Source: Dehalococcoidia bacterium (GTDB lineage Bacteria; Chloroflexota; Dehalococcoidia; UBA2979). From it: a DNA stretch of 64,000 nt. The number at the start of each line of letters is the position of its first letter. Within the stretch, counting starts at the first letter, position 1. Below are positions 24,981-34,845 of this stretch, piece after piece. The DNA is taken from NCBI GenBank assembly GCA_020845735.1, contig JADLFF010000034.1, positions 10,884-74,883 of the forward strand, in the 5' to 3' direction. The notes under the pieces are model-generated. The model searched no databases. It worked only from the letters and a program-made list of their open reading frames with translations, and was not told the origin of the DNA. The translations under genes and the position numbers were made by a program.

Positions 24981-27347
24981 GTGGCCCAAGCCGAGCAGGT
25001 CGTACCCGTGCAGCCGGCGACCGCACCCCTCGATGCTGCGCGGCCGCGCGTCTTCTACGGCTGGTGGATCGTCCTCGGCGCCATCGTCGCGCAGTTCATC
25101 GCGATGGGGCAGAACCAGGTCACCAACGTCATCCTCGGCCCGATGACCTCGGAGCTGGGCTGGAGTCGCTCCGAGTTCACCATCGCGGCCACGATTGGCA
25201 CCCTGCTCTCCGGGGTGCTCGGCTTCGTCATCGGCGCGCAGGTGGACCGCCGAGGCGCACGCCCGCTCATCCTCATCGGGACCGTGATCTCCTCGGCCGC
25301 CCTCGTCGCGATCGCCTACATCGATCAGCTGTGGCAGTTCTGGGCGCTGCGCGGCGTTGCCCTCGTGCTCGGCAACGTCATGGTCGGCAACCTCGTCGTC
25401 AACGTCACGATCTCGAAGTGGTTCGTGGACCGCCGAGGCTGGGCGATCGCGATGGCCGCCCTCGGCGTCTCGAGCTGGAGCTTCATCGGCACCCAGCTCA
25501 TCGGCCTCGTCGTCGACGTCTACGGCTGGCGTGCTGGCTGGACCGCGATGGGCGCCGCGACCTGGATCCTCCTCCCGGTCGCCCTCGTCATGACCCGCCA
25601 GCCCGAGGACCGCGGGCTCCTCCCCGACGGCCGCCACCCCGGCGACGCGGCCACCGAGGCCGGGCGCGCCGCCCTCGCGCGGGCACAGGCGGACAGCGTC
25701 AACTCGCTCACCCGCGGCGAGGCGGCACGCACGCCCGCGCTGTGGCTGCTCATCCTCGCCTTCGGCCTCGCGCTGACCGGGATGACGGCGCTCTTCGCCC
25801 ACCTCATCCAGTTCTTCGTCGATGTCGGCTTCACCCCCGCCGAGGCGCGCTACTTCTACAGCCTGCAGGGGCTGTTCTCGCTCATCGCGAAGTTCGTCTG
25901 GGGCGCCGCGATGCAGCGGCTCCCCGCGAAGTGGCTTGTCGCGACCTCCTTCTCGATCGCGGGCGTGGCCACCCTCGGGCTGGTCTACACCGCGAGCAGC
26001 CAGCCGTGGCAGGTGGTGGCCGCGTTCGCCGCGCTCTGGGGGCTGGCGACCGGCGGCATGATCCCCCTCTCCGAGTTCGTCTGGGCCTCCTACTTTGGCC
26101 GCCGCCACATCGGTGCGGTGCGCGGCCTCGGGCTGCCGTTCACGGTCATGCTCACGGCGGGCGGCCCGCTCTTCGCCTCCGAGGTGTTCGACCGCACGGG
26201 GTCGTACAACCTCGCGATGGTGACCTTCGCCGGGATGTGGTTCGCGGGCGCGCTGCTCATCCTCGTCTCGCGCCGTCCGCGCCCGCTCACCCTCCCGACG
26301 GCCACGGTCCCGCTCGCCCAGCGACTGCGCACGGAGGCCGCGCCGCCCGCGGGGGCGCCGGGCGTCTCGCACGCCGCGATGGCGTCCGCGCTCGCCTCGA
26401 CGAATGCCACGCCCGAGGACGGCCTGGCGGTCCCGGCGCCCGCGGCCGCCTCGGCGGATGCGCTGGTCTCCGCGGTCGCTGTGGAGGGCGCCACGCTGCC
26501 CCTCGGCGCCTACGAGGGCGCACCGCCGCGCCATCGACCCCGCCGCCCCACGCGGTCCTACATGGGCGAGCCGCGGCCGTCCTACATGGGTGACGCGCTC
26601 GTAGCGCCCTCGGTGCCCGCAGTGCCCGCGATGCCCGCAGTGCCCCCGTCGCCTGTCGGTGCCGAGGCGTTCGAGGTGCCCGCCGCGGCGATGCCTGCCC
26701 TCGATGAGCTGATGGTGGCCGACTCCGTCACGGCCGAGCCTGCGGAGGTGGCCGCACCCCCTCGAGGCGTGGAGTCTCCGTCGCTGCCCGTCGACGAGGC
26801 GCCGTCGCCGCCGTTCGTTCCGCCGACTGCACCACCGGCACTGGAGGCCATCGCGGACTCCGAGGCGCCCTCGATGTCCACGCTCGTCGAGGCCTCGACC
26901 GTCGACGCCCCGACGCCTCTCGAGCCGCCCGAGCCGTACGGGCCGTACGAGGAGGACGAGGAAGTCGTCGACGAGCAGGTCCTGGCCGGGACGGCCGCGC
27001 TCGAGGTGGCGCCGCTGGAGGACATCGCGGTCGTCGCGGACGTCGAGGGGGAGCCGTCCGCTGTCAGCGACGTGGTTCCGCCCGAGGAGCCGCGGCCCCT
27101 CAGCGAGGACCGTCCGCTGCCACCTCCGCCAGCCCCGCCCCCTCGGCCGCCCGCCGTCGAGCCACGCGCGGTCATGCCGTCTCCCGCGCGGCCACCGGCA
27201 CGCCCGACCTACGAGCTGCCCGCCTCATGGCTCCCGCGGACGACCGGCGAAGCGATCCTCGCGGGGATCATCACCTCGATCGTCGCCACGATCGCCCTCT
27301 GGCTCCTGACCCACGCGGGTGACGAGGATGACGACGCCTCGACCTGA
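24981..27347 (+). CDS. MFS transporter (oxalate/formate antiporter-like subfamily) with about 340-aa acidic/Pro-rich C-terminal tail ending in a hydrophobic helix
   Basis: Start approximate (GTG 24981 after GAGGAAG). FYGWWIVLGAIVAQFIAMG..., VDRRGARP, about 12 hydrophobic segments, then a disordered tail and the terminal segment AILAGIITSIVATIALWLL. Confidence 0.8.
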   Translation: MAQAEQVVPVQPATAPLDAARPRVFYGWWIVLGAIVAQFIAMGQNQVTNVILGPMTSELGWSRSEFTIAATIGTLLSGVLGFVIGAQVDRRGARPLILIGTVISSAALVAIAYIDQLWQFWALRGVALVLGNVMVGNLVVNVTISKWFVDRRGWAIAMAALGVSSWSFIGTQLIGLVVDVYGWRAGWTAMGAATWILLPVALVMTRQPEDRGLLPDGRHPGDAATEAGRAALARAQADSVNSLTRGEAARTPALWLLILAFGLALTGMTALFAHLIQFFVDVGFTPAEARYFYSLQGLFSLIAKFVWGAAMQRLPAKWLVATSFSIAGVATLGLVYTASSQPWQVVAAFAALWGLATGGMIPLSEFVWASYFGRRHIGAVRGLGLPFTVMLTAGGPLFASEVFDRTGSYNLAMVTFAGMWFAGALLILVSRRPRPLTLPTATVPLAQRLRTEAAPPAGAPGVSHAAMASALASTNATPEDGLAVPAPAAASADALVSAVAVEGATLPLGAYEGAPPRHRPRRPTRSYMGEPRPSYMGDALVAPSVPAVPAMPAVPPSPVGAEAFEVPAAAMPALDELMVADSVTAEPAEVAAPPRGVESPSLPVDEAPSPPFVPPTAPPALEAIADSEAPSMSTLVEASTVDAPTPLEPPEPYGPYEEDEEVVDEQVLAGTAALEVAPLEDIAVVADVEGEPSAVSDVVPPEEPRPLSEDRPLPPPPAPPPRPPAVEPRAVMPSPARPPARPTYELPASWLPRTTGEAILAGIITSIVATIALWLLTHAGDEDDDAST

Positions 27348-27460
27348 CCGCGCGTTCGCCGTGCTGATTCTTAGACTCCCCAAATTCACATCGCGATCAC
27401 ACTTCAGCAATCGGCATGTGACGACTCACCTCGACACTCAGTCGTGGAGGGGAGGGCGAC

Positions 27461-27652
27461 ATGCATCTACTGACCAAGGGCTGCCCTCGATGCAACGGGG
27501 ATCTCTCGAAAGTCCACGACGTCGGCGAGACGTATTACTCGTGCGTGCAGTGCGGACACTCGATTCCCGAGGTCGCCGCGAGCCGCCTCGCCGGCCTGCG
27601 CACGGCAGTCGTGCCGGCCGTTCCGAAGCCGTTCGTACCCCGCGCTGCCTAG
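27461..27652 (+). CDS. small zinc-ribbon protein (63 aa)
   Basis: GGAGGGGAGGG RBS before ATG 27461. CPRCNG...(16)...CVQCGH = CxxC-N-CxxC. Lower-GC region. Confidence 0.6.
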   Translation: MHLLTKGCPRCNGDLSKVHDVGETYYSCVQCGHSIPEVAASRLAGLRTAVVPAVPKPFVPRAA

Positions 27653-27840
27653 AACGTGCGCTGCCTGGAACGTGCGCGGCCCGGAACGCGCGTAGCCTCG
27701 CAGTGCGACGTAACGATCTCGACGGGTCGGTCCGCCGAGGGACCCCCTGACCTCGGCGGGCCGGTCGGGACCAGCGCTCGCGACCACAGCTCGGGCTGCG
27801 CACCTCGAGGGGGACGCCGTGACCTCGTACACTGGCAGCC

Positions 27841-28266
27841 ATGACCGATCAGCTCTGGCACGCCGCAGGTGAGGTGACGGACCGCGAGGACCTCCTCGAT
27901 GGCCGTGTGCGCCTCGAGGTGGCCGGGAACGCAGGGGACGCGGTCATCGAGGCGGGCTTCGCCTGGCGCCGCGGTCGCGACTCGATCGCGCTGGAAGCCG
28001 CCGACTCCTACCTGACCGTCCTCGAGGGCGACCGCGAGCTCCATGCGACGGCCCTCGGCGGCACAGTCACCGAGGAGCCCGACACCGCAGCGGCGCGCGT
28101 CCACGCGCAGTTCATCGTCGAGGACGCGGTCGGCCTCGGCGCCACGGACATGCCGATCGCCGCGATCCTGCTGATCGGCCCCGAGGAGTGGTCGGGCGAG
28201 TTCCAGCTCGGGATGCGCCTGCCCTCGAGCGCCCCGCCGCCAGGCGCCGGGCCCGCCGAGCGCTAG
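27841..28266 (+). CDS. hypothetical protein (141 aa)
   Basis: ORF with plausible acidic composition. No motif recognised and no clear RBS. Confidence 0.4.
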   Translation: MTDQLWHAAGEVTDREDLLDGRVRLEVAGNAGDAVIEAGFAWRRGRDSIALEAADSYLTVLEGDRELHATALGGTVTEEPDTAAARVHAQFIVEDAVGLGATDMPIAAILLIGPEEWSGEFQLGMRLPSSAPPPGAGPAER

Positions 28267-28281
28267 CTCGAGGCCGGCTCG

Positions 28282-29532
28282 CTACGCCTCGTAGCGGCGG
28301 AACACCGCCGAGGCGTTCTGCCCGCCCAGCCCGAACGAGTTCGACATCACCACCCGCAGGTCGGCACGCCTCGCCTGGTTGGGCACCACATCGAGGTCGC
28401 ACTCCGGGTCCGGCGTGACGTAGTTGATCGTCGGTGGGATGAGGCCGTGGTGCATCGTGAGGACGGCCGCGACCGCCTCGATGCCGCCCGCGCCCGCCGC
28501 CAGGTGGCCGGTCATCGACTTCGTCGAGGACAGCGCGATGCGGCGTGCGTGCGCCTCCCCCAGCGCGAGCTTGATCGCCTTCGTCTCGGTCCGGTCGTTG
28601 TAGGGCGTGCTCGTGCCGTGCGCGTTGAGGTAGTTCACCTCGCTCGCCTCGATGTCTGCGTCACGCAGCGCACGCACCATCGCCTGGGCCTGGCCGTCGG
28701 CATCGGGAGCCGCGTCGTCCGTCGCGTCGAACGACCAGCCGACGCCCGCCAGCTCGCCATAGATGCGCGCGCCACGCTCGAGGGCGTACTCCTCCGCCTC
28801 GATCACGAGGATGCCCGCGCCCTCGCCGAGGATGAAGCCGTCGCGGTTCGCGTCGAACGGCCGCGAGGCGTGCTCGGGGTCCGCGTTGTTGTGCGACAGC
28901 GCGCCCAGCCGCCCCATCGAGGACAGCGCCAGCGGGGTCACCATCGCCTCGGCACCCCCGACCAGCACCACGCGCGCCTGCCCGAGGCGGATCAGGTTGA
29001 GCGCGTGGCCCAGCGCATCGGTCCCCGAGGCGCAGGCGGTGTTGATCGTCGTGTTCGGTCCGCGCACCCCCAGCTCGCGGCCCACGCGCGCCGAGGCCAT
29101 GTGCTGCCCCATCCGGGTGATGATCAGCGGGTCTACGCGACCCGGCCCCTTCTGCGTCAGCACGTCCCACTCGGGGCCCATGTTGAAGCAGTCGCCGGAG
29201 GTCCCGATGACCACCCCGACGTCGTCCTTCGTGCTCGCGTCGATCACGAGCGCGGCATCGGCGACCGCCTGCTTCGAGGCCGCCAGCGCGAACTGGGCGA
29301 AGCGGCCGGTGCGCCTCGCGGTCTTGCGGTCCATGTACAGCTCGGGTTCGAAGCCCTTTACCTCGCCCGCGATCTGCACCGGCAGCGCGCTCGGGTCGCA
29401 CGAGGTCACGCGTCCAATGCCGTTACGGCCGCAGGAGAGCCCCTCCCAGTACTCGGCAAGGGTGTTGCCAATCGGGGTGACGGCCCCCAGGCCCGTGATC
29501 ACCGCTCGATGCAGGGCGCGCTGGATCGGCAT
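28282..29532 (-). CDS. fabF: beta-ketoacyl-ACP synthase II
   Basis: 416 aa. VVITGLGAVTPIG, INTACASG (active-site Cys), NAHGTSTP, SFGLGGQNA. Confidence 0.9.
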   Translation of the reverse strand: MPIQRALHRAVITGLGAVTPIGNTLAEYWEGLSCGRNGIGRVTSCDPSALPVQIAGEVKGFEPELYMDRKTARRTGRFAQFALAASKQAVADAALVIDASTKDDVGVVIGTSGDCFNMGPEWDVLTQKGPGRVDPLIITRMGQHMASARVGRELGVRGPNTTINTACASGTDALGHALNLIRLGQARVVLVGGAEAMVTPLALSSMGRLGALSHNNADPEHASRPFDANRDGFILGEGAGILVIEAEEYALERGARIYGELAGVGWSFDATDDAAPDADGQAQAMVRALRDADIEASEVNYLNAHGTSTPYNDRTETKAIKLALGEAHARRIALSSTKSMTGHLAAGAGGIEAVAAVLTMHHGLIPPTINYVTPDPECDLDVVPNQARRADLRVVMSNSFGLGGQNASAVFRRYEA

Positions 29533-29638
29533 GGGTGCTCCGTGCGAATGCGCCGCGGGTGAGCGGCGTTGCGAGGACTATGGGAGCACCCATGATACGA
29601 AGCGCTGCGCCTATCGGGCGCTCACGGCGCCCGGCAGT

Positions 29639-29941
29639 CTACGAGGCGGGCGTGAAGCGCGTACCCTCGAAGGCGTGCTCCTGGTGCGAACCGGCCTCCA
29701 CGTCCGTGTTGAGGCGAGAGCGGACCGACAGGACGTGGTTACTCTGCGCCGCTACATCCGCCGATTCGGCGCTCTCCCACACCGTCACCCGGCCCACCAG
29801 CGCGTCGCTCGAGTACAGCCCGTACCCCTCGATGAAGCCCGCCTGCTGCGCGAAGAACCCCGCGAGGTCATCCAGGAGCTCCTTCACCTCGGCGTGCCTG
29901 CCCGCTTTCGGCTGCATGAGGGAAACACGCACGTATGGCAT
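29639..29941 (-). CDS. ABM (antibiotic biosynthesis monooxygenase)/Dabb-like small protein
   Basis: 100 aa, GGAGAGG RBS. MPYVRVSLMQPKAG...GF..G.......G.V..VTVWES pattern. Confidence 0.55.
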   Translation of the reverse strand: MPYVRVSLMQPKAGRHAEVKELLDDLAGFFAQQAGFIEGYGLYSSDALVGRVTVWESAESADVAAQSNHVLSVRSRLNTDVEAGSHQEHAFEGTRFTPAS

Positions 29942-30175
29942 TCGGACCTCTCCACTTCGCCAGCGCCCGGTCAGTTCCGGCAGCGCAAGTCTACTCGCTG
30001 TAATGTTCCCGGGACGGGACTCGCGGAACTTTGGTCATCTGACCTTCGTCCCTCCTCGGGACGTGTTCCGGGCGGAATCGTGGTGCGGAATCGTGGTCTC
30101 ACACCAACGCCGCCACAGGCGCTACAACGAGGCGACAACAGGGCCACCGGGCCAACGGGCGACTCAGGGGGAGTC

Positions 30176-30658
30176 ATGTATCGAACCATCCTGCTGACCA
30201 ATGACGGCTCCGAGATCGCCCGCGCTGCGACGCCGCACGCGGTGCAGCTCGCCTCGATGGTGCCGGACGCGACCATCGTCTGCGTCACGGTCATCGACAC
30301 GGTCGCGCAGCTCCTCGCGCAGGCCACGCCCTCCGGATGGGGCTACGACGGCGGTCGCATCGCGGTCGAGTCTGCCGAGGCGGCCGTGGCCGCCGAGCGC
30401 GCCGACGCCGATGCGACCCTCACGACGCTGAAGGCCAGCCTCGAGGCGCAGGGCGTCAAGAACGTGCGCACGGCCATCATCGAGGGCCACGCCGGCACGG
30501 CCATCGTCGACGCCGCGACCGCAGAGCACGCGGACATCGTCGTGATGGCCACCCACGGCCGCGGCGGCCTCGGGCGCGCCGTGCTCGGGTCGGTGGCCGA
30601 CCACGTGGTCCGGCACGCACCCTGCCCCGTCCTGCTCGTGCGGCCTCCGCGCGACTAG
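30176..30658 (+). CDS. universal stress protein (UspA family)
   Basis: C-terminal part of ORF 28763..30658, trimmed to ATG 30176 (GGGGGAG RBS). ILLTNDGSE..., DIVVMATHGRGGLGRAVLGSVADHVVRHAPCPVLLV. Confidence 0.85.
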   Translation: MYRTILLTNDGSEIARAATPHAVQLASMVPDATIVCVTVIDTVAQLLAQATPSGWGYDGGRIAVESAEAAVAAERADADATLTTLKASLEAQGVKNVRTAIIEGHAGTAIVDAATAEHADIVVMATHGRGGLGRAVLGSVADHVVRHAPCPVLLVRPPRD

Positions 30659-30777
30659 CACGCGAACCCGCCTCGGACCCCGCCCCGGGCGCCCGGACGC
30701 GCTCGGGCAGGGTCACGCGTGGTAGCGTGCGCACAGGCCTGCCGAGGGAGAAGGGCCTTCTATAGGACGGCGGTTCC

Positions 30778-31986
30778 GTGTCGGACGACGCCGAGCGACT
30801 GCGCAGCGCCTTTGCACGCGGCGAGTTGCTGCATCCCCTCTCGGCCACCACCCCCAGCCTGGTCGACCTCGCGCGCGCGCTTGCCATCTGCGCGGGCGTC
30901 CCGCACATCGAGGCGACGCCCCACGTACCCGGCCTCGCGAGTGCGATCGGTGAGGCGGATCACCTCCTGCTCGTCCTGATCGACGGCCTCGGCCTCGACC
31001 ACCTGCTCACCGAGGCGCCCGCGCCCTTCCTCCGCGAGCACCTCGACCGCCCGATGCTGACGCCGTTTCCCTCGACGACCGCGGTCGCGCTGACGTCCCT
31101 CGCGACCGGCGAGTGGCCCGCCCGCCACGCGATCACGGGCTGGTGGTCGTACCTCCCCAGCCTCCAGGCCGCGATCACGGCCCTGCCGTTCACGCGGCGC
31201 TACGACGACAAGGCGCTCGAGTCCCTGGGCGTCACCGCGGACGAGGCCTTCCCGCTGCCCTCGGTGTGGGCCAACTGTCCGCGCGACGTGCTCTGCGTCC
31301 AGCCGAGCCGGATCGCCGGCACCACCTACTCGGTCTACCAGACCGGCGGTCACCCCTCGGCGGGATACGGGCCCACCCGCGAGGCGTTCGAGCACGTCTG
31401 GCGGCACGTGGAGGAGGCCGAGGGCGCCACCTTCACCTACCTCTACTTCCCGCAGTTCGACGCCGCCTCACACGATCGCGGCGTGCGGTCGGTCGAGGCG
31501 CACGGCGCCCTGAGCGCCATCGACGAGGGCCTGCGCGGTCTGGTCGCCCGCTTCGAGGGCCGCGTGCGCACGGTCGTCACTTCCGACCACGGCCACGCCT
31601 TCGTCCCCGAGGAGCAGCGGCACCGCCTGCGGTCGGGCGACGCGCTGGCCTCGATGCTCCGCGACCTGCCCTCGGGCGACATGCGCGCACCGTCGTTCCA
31701 CGTCCGCCCCGAGTACCTCGAGGCCTTCGCCGAGGGCTTCCGCACGCGCTTCGGCCACGCGTTCGTCCTGCTCACCCCGGATGAGGTCGAGGAGCTGCAG
31801 CTCCTCGGGCCGGGCCCGCTCGCCGAGGAGACGCGACTCCGGCTGGGCGACTACATGGGCGTGTCGCTCGGCATCGATGTGTTCGGCTACGTCACCGCCG
31901 ATGGCAACCGCCGCGCGCTGCAGCAGCCGTCGCACCACTCGGGACTGACGCCGGTCGACATGCAGATCCCGCTCATCCTCGCGTGA
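30778..31986 (+). CDS. alkaline-phosphatase-superfamily protein (nucleotide pyrophosphatase/phosphodiesterase-like)
   Basis: LVLIDGLGLDHL, FPSTTAVALTSLATG (nucleophile Thr region), YFPQFDAASHDRG, VVTSDHGH. Confidence 0.7.
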   Translation: MSDDAERLRSAFARGELLHPLSATTPSLVDLARALAICAGVPHIEATPHVPGLASAIGEADHLLLVLIDGLGLDHLLTEAPAPFLREHLDRPMLTPFPSTTAVALTSLATGEWPARHAITGWWSYLPSLQAAITALPFTRRYDDKALESLGVTADEAFPLPSVWANCPRDVLCVQPSRIAGTTYSVYQTGGHPSAGYGPTREAFEHVWRHVEEAEGATFTYLYFPQFDAASHDRGVRSVEAHGALSAIDEGLRGLVARFEGRVRTVVTSDHGHAFVPEEQRHRLRSGDALASMLRDLPSGDMRAPSFHVRPEYLEAFAEGFRTRFGHAFVLLTPDEVEELQLLGPGPLAEETRLRLGDYMGVSLGIDVFGYVTADGNRRALQQPSHHSGLTPVDMQIPLILA

Positions 31987-32019
31987 CGGCCGAGGCGGTA
32001 TCGGGTGCGCACTGCGTCC

Positions 32020-33222
32020 TTAGAGCGTGACGCCGAGGGCCTGCGCCACGGTGCCCATGTCCTTGTCGCCGCGGCCGCTCACGTTCACCACCACGAGGTC
32101 GTCCGGTGAGAACGAGGGCGCCACCTTGAGCAGGTGCGCCACCGCGTGCGCCGACTCGAGGGCGGGGATGATGCCCTCGGTCCGGCTGAGGTGCTGCAAC
32201 GCCTCGAGGGCTTCCGCGTCGGTCACCGCGCCGTACTCCGCGCGCTCCGTGACCTTGAGCCACGAGTGCTCGGGCCCCACCCCGGGGTAGTCGAGGCCTG
32301 CCGAGATCGAGTGCGCCTCGAGGACCTGGCCGTACTGGTCCTGGAGCAGGTATGACCGCGCGCCGTGGAGGACGCCCGGCCGTCCCGCGTTGAGGGGTGC
32401 CGCGTGCTTCCCGCTGAGGCCCTCGCCCGCCGCCTCGACGCCGATCAGGCGCACCGGCTCGTCGAGCATGGGGAAGAACAGGCCGATGGCGTTCGAGCCG
32501 CCGCCGACGCAGGCAATCGCGATGCTGGGCGCGCGCCCCTCGATGGCGCGCAGCTGCTCGAGGGTCTCCCGCCCGATCACGCTCTGGAAGTCGCGGACCA
32601 TGGCCGGGTAGGGGTGCGGCCCGACGGCGCTGCCGATGAGGTAGTAGGTGTCGCGGACGTTGGTGACCCAGTCGCGAATCGCCTCGCTGGTGGCGTCCTT
32701 GAGCGTCCGCGAACCCGACTCGACGGCGCGCACCTCGACCCCGAGGAGCTTCATCCGGAACACGTTGAGCGACTGGCGCTGGATGTCCTCGGCGCCCATG
32801 TACACGACGGCGTTCAGCCCGAGGAGTGCACACACGGTGGCCGTGGCCACGCCGTGCTGGCCCGCGCCGGTCTCGGCGACGATGCGCTGCTTGCCCATCC
32901 GCCTCGCGAGGAGGCCCTGCGCGATCGCGGCGTTGATCTTGTGCGCGCCCGTGTGCGCGAGGTCCTCGCGCTTGAGGTAGATGCGCGCGCGCGTGCCCAG
33001 GGACGCCTCGAGGCGGTGCGCGCGCGTCAGCGGCGTCGGGCGTCCCACGTACGTCTCGAGGAGGTGGTCGAGCTCGGCGTGGAAGGCGTCGTCGTCGCGC
33101 ACCTCGGCGTACGCGCGCTCCAGCTCGCCGAGGGCTGGCATCACGGTCTCGGGGACGAACTTGCCGCCGAACTCGCCGTAGTGGCCGCCGGCGTCGGGGA
33201 CCGCGCGTGTGTGTGTGGTCAT
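32020..33222 (-). CDS. trpB: tryptophan synthase beta chain
   Basis: Trimmed to ATG 33222 (ATGA overlap with the trpF stop). [43 protein letters not shown]. Confidence 0.92.
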   Translation of the reverse strand: MTTHTRAVPDAGGHYGEFGGKFVPETVMPALGELERAYAEVRDDDAFHAELDHLLETYVGRPTPLTRAHRLEASLGTRARIYLKREDLAHTGAHKINAAIAQGLLARRMGKQRIVAETGAGQHGVATATVCALLGLNAVVYMGAEDIQRQSLNVFRMKLLGVEVRAVESGSRTLKDATSEAIRDWVTNVRDTYYLIGSAVGPHPYPAMVRDFQSVIGRETLEQLRAIEGRAPSIAIACVGGGSNAIGLFFPMLDEPVRLIGVEAAGEGLSGKHAAPLNAGRPGVLHGARSYLLQDQYGQVLEAHSISAGLDYPGVGPEHSWLKVTERAEYGAVTDAEALEALQHLSRTEGIIPALESAHAVAHLLKVAPSFSPDDLVVVNVSGRGDKDMGTVAQALGVTL

Positions 33223-33953
33223 GCTGTGCGCACCGCCTCGATGAACGCGCGTACTCGCGCGTGGTCCTTGCGTCCGTCCGTCTCGGTGCCCGAGGACACG
33301 TCGACGGCCCATGGCTGCACCCGGTGGATCGCCTCCACGACGTTGTCGGGGTCGAGCCCACCCGCGAGGATCAGCGGCACCCGCGCAGCGACCTCGCGGG
33401 CCACGTCCCAGTCGAAGGCCTGTCCCGAGCCGCCTCGATAGGGCCCGTGCGCCGAGTCGAGCATGAGCGCCAGCGCGAAGCCGGGCTCCACCTGCTCCAT
33501 GGGGTCCGAGGGCGAATCGAGCGGTGAGACGTGCACCACCTGGATCACGGGGCGCGCCACGAGTAGGCACGCCTCCCACGACTCATCCCCCGAGAGCTGC
33601 ACGAGGTCCACGCCCGCCTCGAGGGCGATCTCGTTGACCTCCTCGATGGGCTGGTCGGCGAAGACGCCGACGGTGAGCGGGCGCTTGACCTGGAGATGCG
33701 TCTCGATCACCTGCGAGCCGTGGCGGAACCACTCCGCGACGTGTTCGCGGACGTGCGGCTGCACGGGCGGCGGCACCGACATCTCATGCTCGTGGAGCGG
33801 CCCTCCGAGGGCGCGCACCATCGCCTGCGCCTCGGCGATGTCCACCCGGCGGCGTGAGTCGGCGAACACCATCCCCACGAGGTCCGCGCCTGCCTCGGCA
33901 GCGGCGAGGACATCCTCGGGGGTGCGATTGCCGCAGATCTTGATGATGGTCAT
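33219..33953 (-). CDS. trpF: phosphoribosylanthranilate isomerase
   Basis: [22 protein letters not shown]...S.R; [10 protein letters not shown]; VDVSSGTE. Carries an insertion of about 40 aa relative to typical TrpF (by eye). Confidence 0.85.
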   Translation of the reverse strand: MTIIKICGNRTPEDVLAAAEAGADLVGMVFADSRRRVDIAEAQAMVRALGGPLHEHEMSVPPPVQPHVREHVAEWFRHGSQVIETHLQVKRPLTVGVFADQPIEEVNEIALEAGVDLVQLSGDESWEACLLVARPVIQVVHVSPLDSPSDPMEQVEPGFALALMLDSAHGPYRGGSGQAFDWDVAREVAARVPLILAGGLDPDNVVEAIHRVQPWAVDVSSGTETDGRKDHARVRAFIEAVRTA

Positions 33954-33971
33954 CCGAGGGTCATCCGCTGG

Positions 33972-34838
33972 TCACCCGGCCGTTCCGATGAGCTGCAACT
34001 CACGTGCTTTCGCCTCGACGTCTGCCGACAGTACCAGCGCCTCCCCCACGAGGATGGCGTGGGCCCCCGCCTCGGCCATCCGCGCGGCATCCTCGGCAGT
34101 CCTGATCGCAGACTCCGCGACGAGCGTGACCTCGGGCGGTGCGAGCCGTGCGAGGCGCTCGAACGTCCCGAGGTCCTCGGCGAAGGTGCGGAGGTCCCGG
34201 TTGTTCACCCCGAGGACGCGCGCGCCTGCCTCGAGGGCCGTGGCGAGCTCGGTCTCGTCGTGCACTTCCACGAGCGCCTGGAGGCCCGCGGCGTGCGTGG
34301 CCGCGAGCAGCGCGCGCAGCGTCGAGGGCTCGAGCATCATCGTGATCAGGAGGAGGGCATCCGCGCCCGCCGCGCGCGCCTCGAGGACCTGGTACTCGTC
34401 GAAGAGGAAGTCCTTGCGCAGGATCGCGGGTCGCTCCTCGTCGAGGGCGAATGCGTCCCGCGCGGCGCGCAGGTCATCGAGGTGGCCCTGGAAGAACGCG
34501 GGCTCCGTCAGCACGGAGATCGCGGCCGCGCCTGCCTCGGCGTAGCGCCGCGCCTGCACCGCGGCATCGAGGTGTGCGTCGAAGACCCCCTTCGAGGGCG
34601 ACGCGCGCTTGATCTCGGCCACGAGCCGCAGCCGAGCGCCGCTCGGGCTCCTCGAGGTCCCCGTGCGGAGCCGCGCGGCGAAGTCGATGGCCGGTGCCGC
34701 CTCGGAAACCTGGGCCTCGAGGAGCGCGCGTGGCGTCGCGGCCTGGTCGAGCGCGAGCTGCACGCGGCGCTGCGCGACGATCCGGTCGAGGACCGTGCCC
34801 GTCTCGCGGATGCCGCTCGCGCCCTCGATGGTGGTCAT
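33972..34838 (-). CDS. trpC: indole-3-glycerol phosphate synthase
   Basis: VAEIKRASPSKG, ISVLTEPAFFQG, ILRKDF, VEVH, LGVNNRDL, ESAI. Confidence 0.9.
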   Translation of the reverse strand: MTTIEGASGIRETGTVLDRIVAQRRVQLALDQAATPRALLEAQVSEAAPAIDFAARLRTGTSRSPSGARLRLVAEIKRASPSKGVFDAHLDAAVQARRYAEAGAAAISVLTEPAFFQGHLDDLRAARDAFALDEERPAILRKDFLFDEYQVLEARAAGADALLLITMMLEPSTLRALLAATHAAGLQALVEVHDETELATALEAGARVLGVNNRDLRTFAEDLGTFERLARLAPPEVTLVAESAIRTAEDAARMAEAGAHAILVGEALVLSADVEAKARELQLIGTAG

Positions 34839-34845
34839 CGCGCGG

